64,000 bases of DNA from Fibrobacteria bacterium (GCA_041746255.1 JBGTHM010000034.1:1-64000), one strand, 5' to 3'. Positions 1 through 9,558 are shown, counted from the stretch's first letter. Notes: generated from the letters alone by a model not told the origin. Program-made: numbers and translations.

Positions 1-581
1 GCTGCTGCGGGTGCTGGAAACTCTTTTCTCAAGAAGAAAAAATGGGCGCCATGTCGCAGGGCAAAAAACAGAGAAACGGTAAACGCGGTTGGGAAGAAGC
101 CGAAGTGCGGCTTCATTGCGTTAAAACAATATCCCCAATAAAATAATTCCTCCGCTATCGGCGCCCAAATTAACAGATAGAAAAGGAAGATTAGAGCGAA
201 GGTGCTGTCCGAGAAGCCAAATTTCTCCTTGGCCTTGGCTACAATCGCGTTGGTTGCCATGAGAGGCGAAAATCGAGGTAAATCACCCGCGCGAACCCTT
301 TTTTTTAGAAACCTTTCAAAAGTCGAAGGGAAAAGATATCCCTCTAGAAAAAGTAATGCGGAAGCTAAGACGGCAATGGTCCAAGCATTCTCGAAGGGTG
401 GCAAAATCCGTAGCATGGCTCCTACAGGAAGGACAAAGAATGGGATTAGCAGGCAGAGTATGGCGTGAATGAAATAAAACGGTGCAACCGGAAATCGAGC
501 ACCCTCAAGTACGCCAATTGCGGTAACCACAGCCAAAATTAGGAGAGCGACGTATGGCGTTTGCAGGTGAGCATTAAGCAT
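1..581 (-). CDS. CPBP (CAAX/Abi) family intramembrane glutamic endopeptidase, 3'-truncated by the window edge; not in the ORF track
   Basis: Manual translation from ATG at 581 (MLNAHLQTPYVALLILAVV...) is open to position 1 and hydrophobic, with WAPIAEELFYWG (EExxx motif) and SLFFALRH (FxxxH motif). Confidence 0.75.
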   Translation of the reverse strand, partial: MLNAHLQTPYVALLILAVVTAIGVLEGARFPVAPFYFIHAILCLLIPFFVLPVGAMLRILPPFENAWTIAVLASALLFLEGYLFPSTFERFLKKRVRAGDLPRFSPLMATNAIVAKAKEKFGFSDSTFALIFLFYLLIWAPIAEELFYWGYCFNAMKPHFGFFPTAFTVSLFFALRHGAHFFFLRKEFPAPAA

Positions 582-923
582 GGATTCGGGATGCTTCCAG
601 TGTCGTTGATCAGAGAAATTTTAATGTGAATAAAAGTTAACCATGCGGTAAGGTAATTTCGGGATTTGGTGTGATTGCATTAAGAAATGGAACAGAGGTA
701 ATTAGGAGTGCAGGGGGGGTGATTCCTTTGAACACCAAAAACTCCAAAACTAAATTGAGTGGAAGTCAGTAGCTTAGACAAAAGTACTGAAATTTTAGAA
801 ATTGGAGTCAGTTCCGATTTTTGGAGTGACCAAGGTTTTCAACAAATTTACCTAATAGATCTGTTAGTAGTTGTTGAAAAGTGGTATCCTTTAGTCTCCT
901 AATTGCCTGGGTAGGTCTGTTAT

Positions 924-2741
924 ATGCTCCATGTACACCTAGTGGTAATTTTTTGCCAAATTGTTTGTGCCGCATTACTTGCAACCGGTGTGCTTTTCAT
1001 TCTTATCGAACTTCGAACCAAATACGATAAAGCTTTTCTTTATTTCGGCATAGCGCTGGTTATCGGCTCCCTAATGGCCGCGATCGATTTATGGGTCACT
1101 CCCAGTAATGCACCACTGGAAAGCAAACTTTTCTGGGAACGGGCCCTGCATGTCTTGGCCTGTTTCATTTTCCCGGTTTCATTGGCCTATCACATCATCC
1201 TTACAAACTGGACGCAAACATGGACCCTTAAGGCGGTTATCGCGCTCAGTATCATCTGTTTGCCTTTGGTCTATACGGAATTAATGCTTACGACTTCTGG
1301 CGGAAAAGTAACGGGGGGCGTGCTGTACTATCCGGTTTTCTTTTCGTTCGCGGCATTATATATGGGATCCGCTAATTACGCGCTCATATGGAGATTGCGC
1401 CGATCCCAAGGCCAGGAAAAACGGACGTTCGCTCTCCTTTTAGTTGGATTTCTCATTCTTTGCATATTCGGTTTGGTAGATATGGCAGGGGTGGCAAGCC
1501 AGGATGAAAGGTTGTTTCCCAGCTTTAAAATCATCGGGATACTGGTATTTGGGATTATGGCAACTGTAATTTTTTCGGAAAAATTCCTGCAATTTTTGAA
1601 TGAAAAAAACGAAGTCTTTTTAAAGCTGCAATCGGCATTCCGAGACTTGGAACAAGCGAATGCCTTGAAGCAAATTGGTGAATCCACCGCTATTATGAAC
1701 CATGAATTCAAAAATTACATGTTCATGATATCCGGAAACGCACAACTTCTCGAAATCCAGGAAACGCTTTCCGAAAAAGGGAAAGGGCTTGTTCAAAGCA
1801 TCAATCGAGCCGTTGATCGTATGGGGCATTTCACTGAAGACATTCTCGATCTTTCCAAGGCTCATGTTCTCAAGGAAAAACATCCCGTTTGCATTCCGGA
1901 AATGATCAAAGATCTCGTGGAGCGGAAATTTTCCCGGAATAAGTCCAACTTCGAATTAATAGGGTTTGAGCAGAAATTATTTATCCATGGGGATTGGGCG
2001 AAGCTGGAACAGGCTTTCACCAATGTCATAAAAAACGCTCTGGAGTCGGCTTCTGAAGATCAGCCCTTGCATATTAAAATGGAAGTGCGCCAGGATGAAG
2101 GGGTATTGCTGTTAACTATTGAAGACAATGGCGTGGGATGTGAGGAGTCGGACCTTGCTCGCATTTTCAATGCTTTTTACACGACCAAGAAATCTTCCGG
2201 AGGAACAGGTTTGGGACTGTCCATTACCCGGAATATCGTTGAAATACATGGCGGAAGAATTAGCGCATATTCCAAAAACATCGGCCGCAAAAAGGCGCAT
2301 GGGCTGATTGTGAACATCACCATCCCAATTTACCAGGCGGAATTGGAAAAGCGACTGAAAACCAAGCACCCGATTGTGCTCATAACCCAGGAAATGGAAA
2401 ATCTTCAACACGTGGTGCGGATTTTTCATAACGTAATTGTCAATCCCCATATCATTAAAACCCCGAATGAATTATCTTCCGTGCCCGGGAATGCCAAAAA
2501 CATGGCGATTATTATCAGTACCAAGGCCTTAGGGGATAACTACGAGGCTTTTTCCGAATATCCCCATTTGGTTCTTATGTCTCAGCATAAGCAGAACGCT
2601 TACGCTCTGGATAACAAACCCGATGCGGTACCGGTTATTTTTTCGGAAGAATATTTACTGAAGGACTTATTGCCTCGGGTAGCGGTGGCCAGCGAAAAAA
2701 CCCGAAAATCTTCGACCACAAAATTCAAGGCGATAACCTGA
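924..2741 (+). CDS. Membrane sensor histidine kinase with an N-terminal multi-TM (about 7TM) sensor, HisKA, HATPase_c and a C-terminal extension
   Basis: About 7 hydrophobic helices, H-box MNHEFKN, N-box NVIKNALES, G1 EDNGVG, F-box IFNAFYTTK, G2 GTGLGL. Confidence 0.9.
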   Translation: MLHVHLVVIFCQIVCAALLATGVLFILIELRTKYDKAFLYFGIALVIGSLMAAIDLWVTPSNAPLESKLFWERALHVLACFIFPVSLAYHIILTNWTQTWTLKAVIALSIICLPLVYTELMLTTSGGKVTGGVLYYPVFFSFAALYMGSANYALIWRLRRSQGQEKRTFALLLVGFLILCIFGLVDMAGVASQDERLFPSFKIIGILVFGIMATVIFSEKFLQFLNEKNEVFLKLQSAFRDLEQANALKQIGESTAIMNHEFKNYMFMISGNAQLLEIQETLSEKGKGLVQSINRAVDRMGHFTEDILDLSKAHVLKEKHPVCIPEMIKDLVERKFSRNKSNFELIGFEQKLFIHGDWAKLEQAFTNVIKNALESASEDQPLHIKMEVRQDEGVLLLTIEDNGVGCEESDLARIFNAFYTTKKSSGGTGLGLSITRNIVEIHGGRISAYSKNIGRKKAHGLIVNITIPIYQAELEKRLKTKHPIVLITQEMENLQHVVRIFHNVIVNPHIIKTPNELSSVPGNAKNMAIIISTKALGDNYEAFSEYPHLVLMSQHKQNAYALDNKPDAVPVIFSEEYLLKDLLPRVAVASEKTRKSSTTKFKAIT

Positions 2742-2742
2742 A

Positions 2743-3633
2743 TTATGTCAGCAAATGTAAGCTGATAATTCCCCCGGCAAAAATCAGAAGGTCCAGTTCC
2801 GGTAAAACTTCCAATTTTCTGCTCCAGGACCCTCCCGTGGTATGGAGACCCAGATAGCTGAGCGGATAGACAGCCAAAGCGAATAATACCACACCCGTAG
2901 CCACGGAAAATAAACCGAATGCCAGCATTGCCAATATTGTCGCAGCCCAGATAATATTGATAGAGGATAGGCCATAAATGCATGCCCGTTCGCCAAATAG
3001 CGTTGGCAGAGTTTTTATGTTCGCTACACTGTCCCCGGCCACGTCTCGGATATCGTCGAACAGGGTATTGTTCAGAGTGGAAAAAAAGAGGGCGAGGGCG
3101 AATAGCACTACAACTTGAAATTCAAGCACCAAATGGTTCCGATATAAAAGTGGAAATGCGAATACCGATGCGCCCCATAAGAAAGCCACCACCAAATTTT
3201 TAAGTCCAGGTATGTCCTTGATTCGGACTCGAGTCCAACTGCCCCGGATAGTGCTGTAATAGGGGATCAGTTTGTAGGAATAAGCTACGCCTATCGCCAA
3301 AACCAACAGATGGTATCCGTTCAGACGGCCGACGGAAAACAAGGCCAGGCAGGAAGCCGACAGGATCAGGAAAGCGGCATATAACAAGTACTTGCGTTCC
3401 GAAAAGAAAAAGAACTTTCCAACGTCGTTGGCAAAATCTTCACGGGTATCGGTGTAGCGGTTGAGCACATAGATTCCGAAAATAAATCCCGTGAAAACAA
3501 TTCCCGGCAGAATGTCAATGTGCCCGCTAAAATGCCATTGTACCGCGCTTACGCACAGAAATCCCATTGTGGCTAGGTAGATAACTACCAATAACGGCTT
3601 CATGTCTTTGAGTAAGAGGTAGATTGAATGCAT
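2743..3633 (-). CDS. UbiA family prenyltransferase
   Basis: Polytopic membrane protein with Asp-rich motifs NRYTDTRED and FDDIRDVAGD, followed by KTLP. Confidence 0.85.
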   Translation of the reverse strand: MHSIYLLLKDMKPLLVVIYLATMGFLCVSAVQWHFSGHIDILPGIVFTGFIFGIYVLNRYTDTREDFANDVGKFFFFSERKYLLYAAFLILSASCLALFSVGRLNGYHLLVLAIGVAYSYKLIPYYSTIRGSWTRVRIKDIPGLKNLVVAFLWGASVFAFPLLYRNHLVLEFQVVVLFALALFFSTLNNTLFDDIRDVAGDSVANIKTLPTLFGERACIYGLSSINIIWAATILAMLAFGLFSVATGVVLFALAVYPLSYLGLHTTGGSWSRKLEVLPELDLLIFAGGIISLHLLT

Positions 3634-3678
3634 GGCGTTTTCCCCCGAAAAGAGAACGTTTTAAACCGACAGTTTTGC

Positions 3679-3850
3679 GCGCAGGCTAACGATTGGGGCG
3701 TTCAAACAAAGGGCGATCCAAGTTAGACTCGACCGGTTTAACGCGGTAGAGATGCCCTGACGCGATCACGTTCCTTTCGGTTCAGCCATGCCCCAAACAT
3801 CAGCCGCACCTTCTCTGGAGGGAGCCTCGCACCCACGAGGGTCTCTCCAG
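3679..3850 (-). promoter_or_regulatory. Structured 5' leader or ncRNA candidate upstream of the UbiA gene
   Basis: On the minus strand: hairpin TCTGGAG...CTCCAGA (about 3814-3851), then a rod-like stem GGCTGATGTTTGGGGC/GCCCCAATCGTTAGCC enclosing GTGATC/GATCGC and CTCTACCG/CGGTCGAG. G:U pairs favour the minus strand. Confidence 0.4.
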
Positions 3851-3952
3851 AAACGTTATATAGATTTTGCGAAATTATGCAGCAAGAGGTTGTGAAATAA
3901 ACCTCAATGGAAAAAAAATTGGACAGATATAGTGTAATACAGCGGCTGTGGC

Positions 3953-4453
3953 TTAAAGGGCTACAGCTTCTTGGTGCAAAGCACTCAGCATGTCTGCCGA
4001 TTTGGCAGGCCGTGCGCGAAGGGGCCCCTTGCGCCGGTCGTTCCGCTGTAAAAGCCGGTAAACATAGGCCACGGAAACCGACTGTCCGATGGCCCGCTTC
4101 ACTTCGGGAAGCAATTCCTTGGCCTTACTGACCTTGCCGGTGGCGATGAGTCTTTGCAATTCCTTCACCAGGTCCTTTTCGGCTTCGGGAGAGAGGTAGG
4201 CGCGGCGGCGTCCGCCCCGGCCTTGGCGTTCGAGGCCATCGGGGCCGCCGTGGTTGTATTGATTAATCCACAGCCACACCGCCTGCTTGGAAACCTGGAG
4301 GAATTCCGCCACGCGATGCGCGTGCAAGCTGCCTATGGACGTCATCCATATCGCCAGACGCTTTTGGTAGGCGTCTTGTGAAGGTGAGGTGCGGACCCAT
4401 TCCGCCATGTCATCTTGTGTTAACCAGGGTGCTATCGTTGCCGGTCTTTTCAT
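3953..4453 (-). CDS. IS630-transposase-like N-terminal HTH / winged-HTH protein with no DDE domain
   Basis: VAEFLQVSKQAVWLWINQYNHGGPDGL...GRGGRR and VSVAYVYRLL resemble IS630 OrfA. Start moved to ATG 4453 because TACAAT lies 7 nt upstream. Confidence 0.7.
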   Translation of the reverse strand: MKRPATIAPWLTQDDMAEWVRTSPSQDAYQKRLAIWMTSIGSLHAHRVAEFLQVSKQAVWLWINQYNHGGPDGLERQGRGGRRRAYLSPEAEKDLVKELQRLIATGKVSKAKELLPEVKRAIGQSVSVAYVYRLLQRNDRRKGPLRARPAKSADMLSALHQEAVAL

Positions 4454-4460
4454 ATGGTCG

Positions 4461-4490
4461 ATTGTACCATTTATGGAAATTTGAGTGCAA
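4461..4490 (-). promoter_or_regulatory. sigma70-type promoter, leaderless, for the HTH gene
   Basis: TTGCAC-18 nt-TACAAT with an extended -10 TG, then 7 nt to the ATG. Confidence 0.55.
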
Positions 4491-4639
4491 TCGTCGGGAC
4501 AAAAAAATTCTTTACCGGGTGTTCTATAGGGAGAAATCTTCCAAAAAATCCGTTCGAAGCCCCTTTTTTTGTCCGTCGAAGGCATGTTATGCTTATTTTC
4601 CCAGCAGGAATTCCACCCGCTGCAAAATTGGAAAAACCA

Positions 4640-5323
4640 ATGGATCCCTTCGAAATGTTATTTCGCGTTGCCATGGCGCTGGGCGCAGGACTTTTATTAG
4701 GACTGGAAAGGGAGGGGCATGGCCGCGCCGCAGGACTGAAAACGACCACTTTGGCTAGCGTGGCTGCCGCTATGGCCATTATTCTTTCCGAGGCATTTTT
4801 CCACCAGGGCATTGCACTTTTGCCGTCGCTAACCATGGCCCCCGATCGTTTCCGATTGGCGGCGGGCATTTTAACCGGGATGGGATTTTTGGGTGCGGGC
4901 GTGATTATCCGCCAGGGATCGGTGGTGCGCGGGGTCACTACGGCGGCGGTGCTCTGGTATTCTTCCATTCTGGGTTTGGTCTTTGGCAGCGGTTTGGTGT
5001 TGTTGGGATTGATGGGGCTGGGCATCGCGCTTTTTGCACTGTATATCCTGCCCACGCTGGAAGAAAAGCTCAGCCGTGATTGGTATGCCACGGCCAAGGT
5101 GACGGGCGATATTGATGGGCTGTCTTATGACGAAATCAGAGGGTGTCTCAAAATCGAGGGGGCTGAGGTACAGCGCCTGGAAATGGACTATGACCTTAAA
5201 CTCAAGGAAAAAACCCTCACTCTCCTACTTAAAATGCACCGCGAAGACGCTGTTTCGGCCGGAAGCCGCATCATGGAAAAATTGGTGGCCTGTCGCTTCG
5301 TGACCCAGGTGAGATGGCATTGA
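4640..5323 (+). CDS. MgtC/SapB family membrane protein with an ACT-like C-terminus
   Basis: GLEREGHGRAAGLKT and GILTGMGFLGAGVI...GVTTAA motifs. Start set at MDPFEML. Confidence 0.9.
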   Translation: MDPFEMLFRVAMALGAGLLLGLEREGHGRAAGLKTTTLASVAAAMAIILSEAFFHQGIALLPSLTMAPDRFRLAAGILTGMGFLGAGVIIRQGSVVRGVTTAAVLWYSSILGLVFGSGLVLLGLMGLGIALFALYILPTLEEKLSRDWYATAKVTGDIDGLSYDEIRGCLKIEGAEVQRLEMDYDLKLKEKTLTLLLKMHREDAVSAGSRIMEKLVACRFVTQVRWH

Positions 5324-5341
5324 GAAGCTAACTTTTCCGGA

Positions 5342-5863
5342 ATGTCCAAATCTTCGGGTTCGATTGAACAGCTGGAAAACCTTCCCCGTTTGACAATATA
5401 TACTGACGGAGGCTGCCTGGGGAACCCAGGCCCGGGCGGATATGGCACCGTTCTCCTGCAGGGAGAAAAACGCAAAGAGCTTTCGGGGGGCTACCGCCTC
5501 ACCACCAATAATCGAATGGAAATGTTGGCAGCCATCGAAGGCTTGCGCTCTTTGAAACGCCGTTGCCATGTCACTTTATACACCGATTCGCAATATTTGG
5601 TAAAAAGTGTCAAAGAAGGTTGGGCAAAACGCTGGCGCGACAATGGGTGGATGAAGAACCGCAAAGAAGCAGCCCTCAATCCCGATTTATGGGGTCAATT
5701 GCTGGATTTATTGGAAGAGCATGTCGTGGAATTTCGCTGGGTGAAGGGCCATTCGGGGGATACGGAAAACGAAAGATGCGATTTTCTGGCGGGACAGGCG
5801 TCTATGCAGCCCGGGTTGGCCATCGACGAGGTCTACGAAAAAAAAGCCCGGCCGATTTTGTAA
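5342..5863 (+). CDS. rnhA: Ribonuclease HI
   Basis: IYTDGGCLGNPGPGG, TTNNRME, TDSQY, NPDLW, WVKGH and NERCD motifs. Confidence 0.97.
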   Translation: MSKSSGSIEQLENLPRLTIYTDGGCLGNPGPGGYGTVLLQGEKRKELSGGYRLTTNNRMEMLAAIEGLRSLKRRCHVTLYTDSQYLVKSVKEGWAKRWRDNGWMKNRKEAALNPDLWGQLLDLLEEHVVEFRWVKGHSGDTENERCDFLAGQASMQPGLAIDEVYEKKARPIL

Positions 5864-5873
5864 GTTTACCGGC

Positions 5874-7004
5874 ATGCGAGCCCCCAGCTCAGAACTCTCA
5901 GTTTCCCCTTACCCCGATCCGGCCCGATTGGACCTCCTGGCCCATGACTATGCCGGACTGATCCGAGAATTTCGGAGGCGTTGGGGCAAGGGTGAATACT
6001 ATTCCGGGGCTGTTTTCCGTCAGGTATTCCAATCCGGAAAATTGGACCTCGATGCTTTACCCGAGTTCGATAAGAACCCGGCCTTTCGCGCAACCTTACG
6101 CCAAAACCTGGGCCTCAACCTCCCTCCCCTGGTGGGAAAACGGGGGGATGGCGATACCTATAAATTCCTATTACGGCTGGAAGAAGGTATGGAAACTGAG
6201 TCGGTTATCATACCCATGCGGCACTATAAAACTTTATGCGTAAGCTCTCAGATTGGTTGCAAACGGGGTTGCGTTTTTTGTGAAACGGCGCAAATGGGAT
6301 TTCTAAGAAATCTCAATGTTCCCGAAATTCTCAGCCAGGTGATGGTCGCCCGGCATGTTTTGGGAGAACCTGTGACCAATGTGGTTTTTATGGGTATGGG
6401 CGAGCCGATGGACAATCTCGACAATGTCTTACAGGCAATTCGCATTATGAGCGAGCAGCGGGGGTTGTCTATTCCCAAATCCGGAATAACCATTTCCACT
6501 GTGGGAAATATTACGGGAATAAATCGGCTGGCGGAGCTGGCGCGCACCGACACCACCGTGGGCGGATTTTCTCGGCTTCGTCTGGCCATCAGTCTCAATG
6601 CGCCGAATGATGAAATCCGATCTCAGCTCATGCCCATTAATCGGCTATCTCCCTTGGCCGATTTGAAAGAGGCGCTGCGCGCTTATCCGCTTGCGCATCG
6701 CGACGATTTCTTTTTTATGGAGTATGTACTTATACCCGGCGTAAACGACGCCCGGGAGCATGCCTTGCAAGTCGCGGACTATTTACGGGATTTACGGACT
6801 TGCGTGAATCTTATCCCTTACAATCCGCGCAGCGAATCGCCTTTCGCACGTGCCACACGCGAAGAGGTGGAGCGGTTTTACCGGTGGTTGATGGATGCCG
6901 GCCAATATTGCCGCGTGCGCGGCACCAAAGGACAAGAAGCCATGGCGGCATGCGGGCAACTGGGCAATCCCGCCTTGCGACGCGCCCGTAAGGAGGTTGC
7001 ATGA
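5874..7004 (+). CDS. rlmN: RlmN-type radical SAM RNA methyltransferase (23S rRNA m2A2503 / tRNA A37)
   Basis: CVSSQIGCKRGCVFC (CxxxCxxC), MGMGEP, NLIPYNP and AACGQL. Confidence 0.88.
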   Translation: MRAPSSELSVSPYPDPARLDLLAHDYAGLIREFRRRWGKGEYYSGAVFRQVFQSGKLDLDALPEFDKNPAFRATLRQNLGLNLPPLVGKRGDGDTYKFLLRLEEGMETESVIIPMRHYKTLCVSSQIGCKRGCVFCETAQMGFLRNLNVPEILSQVMVARHVLGEPVTNVVFMGMGEPMDNLDNVLQAIRIMSEQRGLSIPKSGITISTVGNITGINRLAELARTDTTVGGFSRLRLAISLNAPNDEIRSQLMPINRLSPLADLKEALRAYPLAHRDDFFFMEYVLIPGVNDAREHALQVADYLRDLRTCVNLIPYNPRSESPFARATREEVERFYRWLMDAGQYCRVRGTKGQEAMAACGQLGNPALRRARKEVA

Positions 7005-7582
7005 TAAGCGTGATGAACCGCGATACGATTACGCTGGACCCGCCCGGTCGGAAGAGAGTCCTTTCTCCTACCGAGAATTTGCGACGGATGTCGCTTGATT
7101 ATGTTCGATTCGATACGGATTTAGGGCCGATGTTGTTGGCGGCCGATTCCCGCGGAGCGGTACTTTTATCCTTCCAGGCGGGCGAGGATCCCGTAGAGGC
7201 GGGGGCGGCATGGCGGGAAAACCGCGAAGCTCTTGCAGGGATAGTCGATGATGTACAAGCTTATTTACGGGGTGAAGGGCGTTTGGCGAACCTATCCATA
7301 GGCGAATTACCGGGAACGGATTTTCAAATAAAAGTATGGAAGGCGATGCGAAACATTCCCTTCGGTCACACCCGAACCTACGGGGAGTTGGCCTCAGCTA
7401 TCGGCCACCCCAGGGCCATGCGTGCGGTAGGCGGAGCTTGCGGCGCCAATCCCCTGCCGTTGATAAACCCCTGTCATCGAGTGGTGGGCGCCGGCGGGGC
7501 CTTGACGGGATTTTCCTGCGGCATTGATATCAAGCGAAAGTTGCTAAGGCTCGAAGGCGCGCTGGAGTTGAACCTCGACTGA
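7001..7582 (+). CDS. ogt: Methylated-DNA-[protein]-cysteine S-methyltransferase
   Basis: GTDFQIKVW, RAVGGACGANP and active-site PCHRV. Confidence 0.93.
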   Translation: MISVMNRDTITLDPPGRKRVLSPTENLRRMSLDYVRFDTDLGPMLLAADSRGAVLLSFQAGEDPVEAGAAWRENREALAGIVDDVQAYLRGEGRLANLSIGELPGTDFQIKVWKAMRNIPFGHTRTYGELASAIGHPRAMRAVGGACGANPLPLINPCHRVVGAGGALTGFSCGIDIKRKLLRLEGALELNLD

Positions 7583-7643
7583 CAATCCGATGCTTGCCTA
7601 GAAAAGTGGTGAGCATTGGAAGAGCGAGATGGCCGGTGAGGGG

Positions 7644-8579
7644 CTATTTGCGTTTGGGCTTTTTTTTCGCCGAGGGGGGTGCGGTTGGAGCAGAGGTTGC
7701 GGCTGCGGGCGGAGTCGACACGAAAGCCATATTGGGCTGGGTTCGTGATAGGTAAATATACAGACCGATTCCCACCAACATCATGCCCAGGCAAAGCAAT
7801 TGCCCCATGGAAAATCCCAGCGCCAATAATCCCAGATGCGCATCGGGCTCACGGAAATATTCGATGCCGAATCGGACGAAACCGTAGCCGAAAATATACA
7901 CCGAGGCCATGGTACCCTTGGGCAAGGTGAATCGCCGTAAATTCCACAGCAAAGCGAAAAGAAAAATTCCCTCGAAAAAAGCCTCGTACAATTGGGAGGG
8001 ATGCCGCAAAAGCGTCGGGTCGGGCGAGGAAAGGAAATACATTCCCACGGCCGAATCGGTTACGCGTCCATACAATTCACCATTGATAAAATTCCCCAGC
8101 CTGCCGAAGGTATAGCCCAATGCCGCCGCCGGAAAAAGCAAATCGGCGAGATTCCAGAAATCCGCCTTATAGCGCCGGGTGAACAGCGCGCAAGCCACGA
8201 TTACCCCGATAATGCCGCCATGGTATGACATGCCGGATATTCCCGTGAATTGCATTCCGTCCGCGCCGAAGCGGAACGGCAAAATGATTTCCAAGGGGTG
8301 CTGTAGATAATAAGGGAGATTATAGAACAGGACATAGCCGAGGCGGCCGCCGGCCAGCACTCCGATAAAGCTATAAGTGAGAATGCTCTTGACGAATTCG
8401 TCGTCGTAGAGACGAAAACGTGTTTCCCGCCGGCTGCGGAAGCCGATTATCAAATATGCGGTCACGAAGGCCGCGATATACATGAGCCCATACCATTGCA
8501 CGCGAAAGGAGCCGATTTCAAAGAGAACCGGGTCCACCTGGGAGGGCAGGTGTTGCCACCATTGCTGAAAGCTATTCAT
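7644..8579 (-). CDS. lgt: Prolipoprotein diacylglyceryl transferase
   Basis: WYGLMY, GGRLGYVLFY, GMSYHGG, GRLGNFINGELYGR and HPSQLYE. Confidence 0.97.
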   Translation of the reverse strand: MNSFQQWWQHLPSQVDPVLFEIGSFRVQWYGLMYIAAFVTAYLIIGFRSRRETRFRLYDDEFVKSILTYSFIGVLAGGRLGYVLFYNLPYYLQHPLEIILPFRFGADGMQFTGISGMSYHGGIIGVIVACALFTRRYKADFWNLADLLFPAAALGYTFGRLGNFINGELYGRVTDSAVGMYFLSSPDPTLLRHPSQLYEAFFEGIFLFALLWNLRRFTLPKGTMASVYIFGYGFVRFGIEYFREPDAHLGLLALGFSMGQLLCLGMMLVGIGLYIYLSRTQPNMAFVSTPPAAATSAPTAPPSAKKKPKRK

Positions 8580-8667
8580 GTGTTTTCATACGAAAATGTC
8601 AGCGTCAATATAACAATTGTAGGTCGACGCCCTGCGACGCCGGGGCGGTGTTGCTAGATTTCACCCC

Positions 8668-9558
8668 ATGAAGTCCGATGCTGAATCGATACAAGCCGCC
8701 TTCCGCCAGGTACAGGACCATATCGCCGCTTATCTCAACGAGGTCGAAGGGACGCCTTTTCGGGAAGATAAGTGGGATTTCGAAAAAGGCCGGGGCGGAG
8801 GCATTTCGCGCATTTGGGAAGACGGTAAGGTTTGGGAAAAAGGCGGCGTCAATTTTTCCGCTATCGAAGGCGATGCCTTGCCCACCAGCGCATTGGCTCA
8901 AATCGCTTTGCCGCCCGGTACTCCCTATTTGGCTACCGGCGTCAGCCTGGTCATCCATCCCCGCAATCCCCGGGTGCCGACTATTCACATGAACATCCGA
9001 TATTTCGAGGCGGGAGACAAATGGTGGTTCGGCGGCGGCATAGACTGCACCCCTTATTACCCGGTACGCGAGCAAATCATCGGTTTCCATAAAGCCCTAA
9101 AGGGTTTGTGCGAAAAACATGGCCGCGACTTTACCCAAGATAAAGAGGCTTGCGACCGCTATTTCTTTTTACCGCATCGCAACGAGGCAAGAGGTATCGG
9201 GGGAATTTTTTTCGACCATGTCCATTCCGACAAAGCCGTCGACCTCGAATTCGTAACAGCCCTGGGATATGCCTTCCCGGATTTATACCATCCCTTCGTA
9301 GAAGGCAATCGCGACAAGCCCTATGGCGAAAGGGAAAAAGATTTCCAACTCTACCGCCGTTCCCGCTATGTGGAATTCAACCTGGTTTACGACCGTGGGA
9401 CGCTCTTTGGCCTGCAATCGGGGGGGCGCACCGAATCCATTTTGATGTCGATGCCTCCTTTGGCAGCTTGGAAATACGCTTGGAAGCCTCCTGAAGGCTC
9501 CGAAGAGGCGCGGCTCACTGACGATTTCCTGAAGCCGCGCGATTGGGCCGGGCAATAA
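8668..9558 (+). CDS. hemF: Oxygen-dependent coproporphyrinogen III oxidase
   Basis: EKGGVNFS, HPRNPRVPTIHMNIRYF, WWFGGG and RYVEFNLVYDRGTLFGL. Confidence 0.97.
   Translation: MKSDAESIQAAFRQVQDHIAAYLNEVEGTPFREDKWDFEKGRGGGISRIWEDGKVWEKGGVNFSAIEGDALPTSALAQIALPPGTPYLATGVSLVIHPRNPRVPTIHMNIRYFEAGDKWWFGGGIDCTPYYPVREQIIGFHKALKGLCEKHGRDFTQDKEACDRYFFLPHRNEARGIGGIFFDHVHSDKAVDLEFVTALGYAFPDLYHPFVEGNRDKPYGEREKDFQLYRRSRYVEFNLVYDRGTLFGLQSGGRTESILMSMPPLAAWKYAWKPPEGSEEARLTDDFLKPRDWAGQ

Noticed and set aside
3679..3851. Glycine riboswitch, c-di-AMP riboswitch or 6S RNA
   Set aside because: GGAGAG...GAAGG is present but there is no CUCUCAGG element. The ydaO motifs are incomplete. The rod is about 130 nt, short for 6S RNA. 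Left unassigned pending an Rfam scan.
3953..4585. Active IS630 element, and the 210-aa ORF-track start
   Set aside because: No DDE domain or terminal inverted repeats seen; the promoter position supports a start at 4453.
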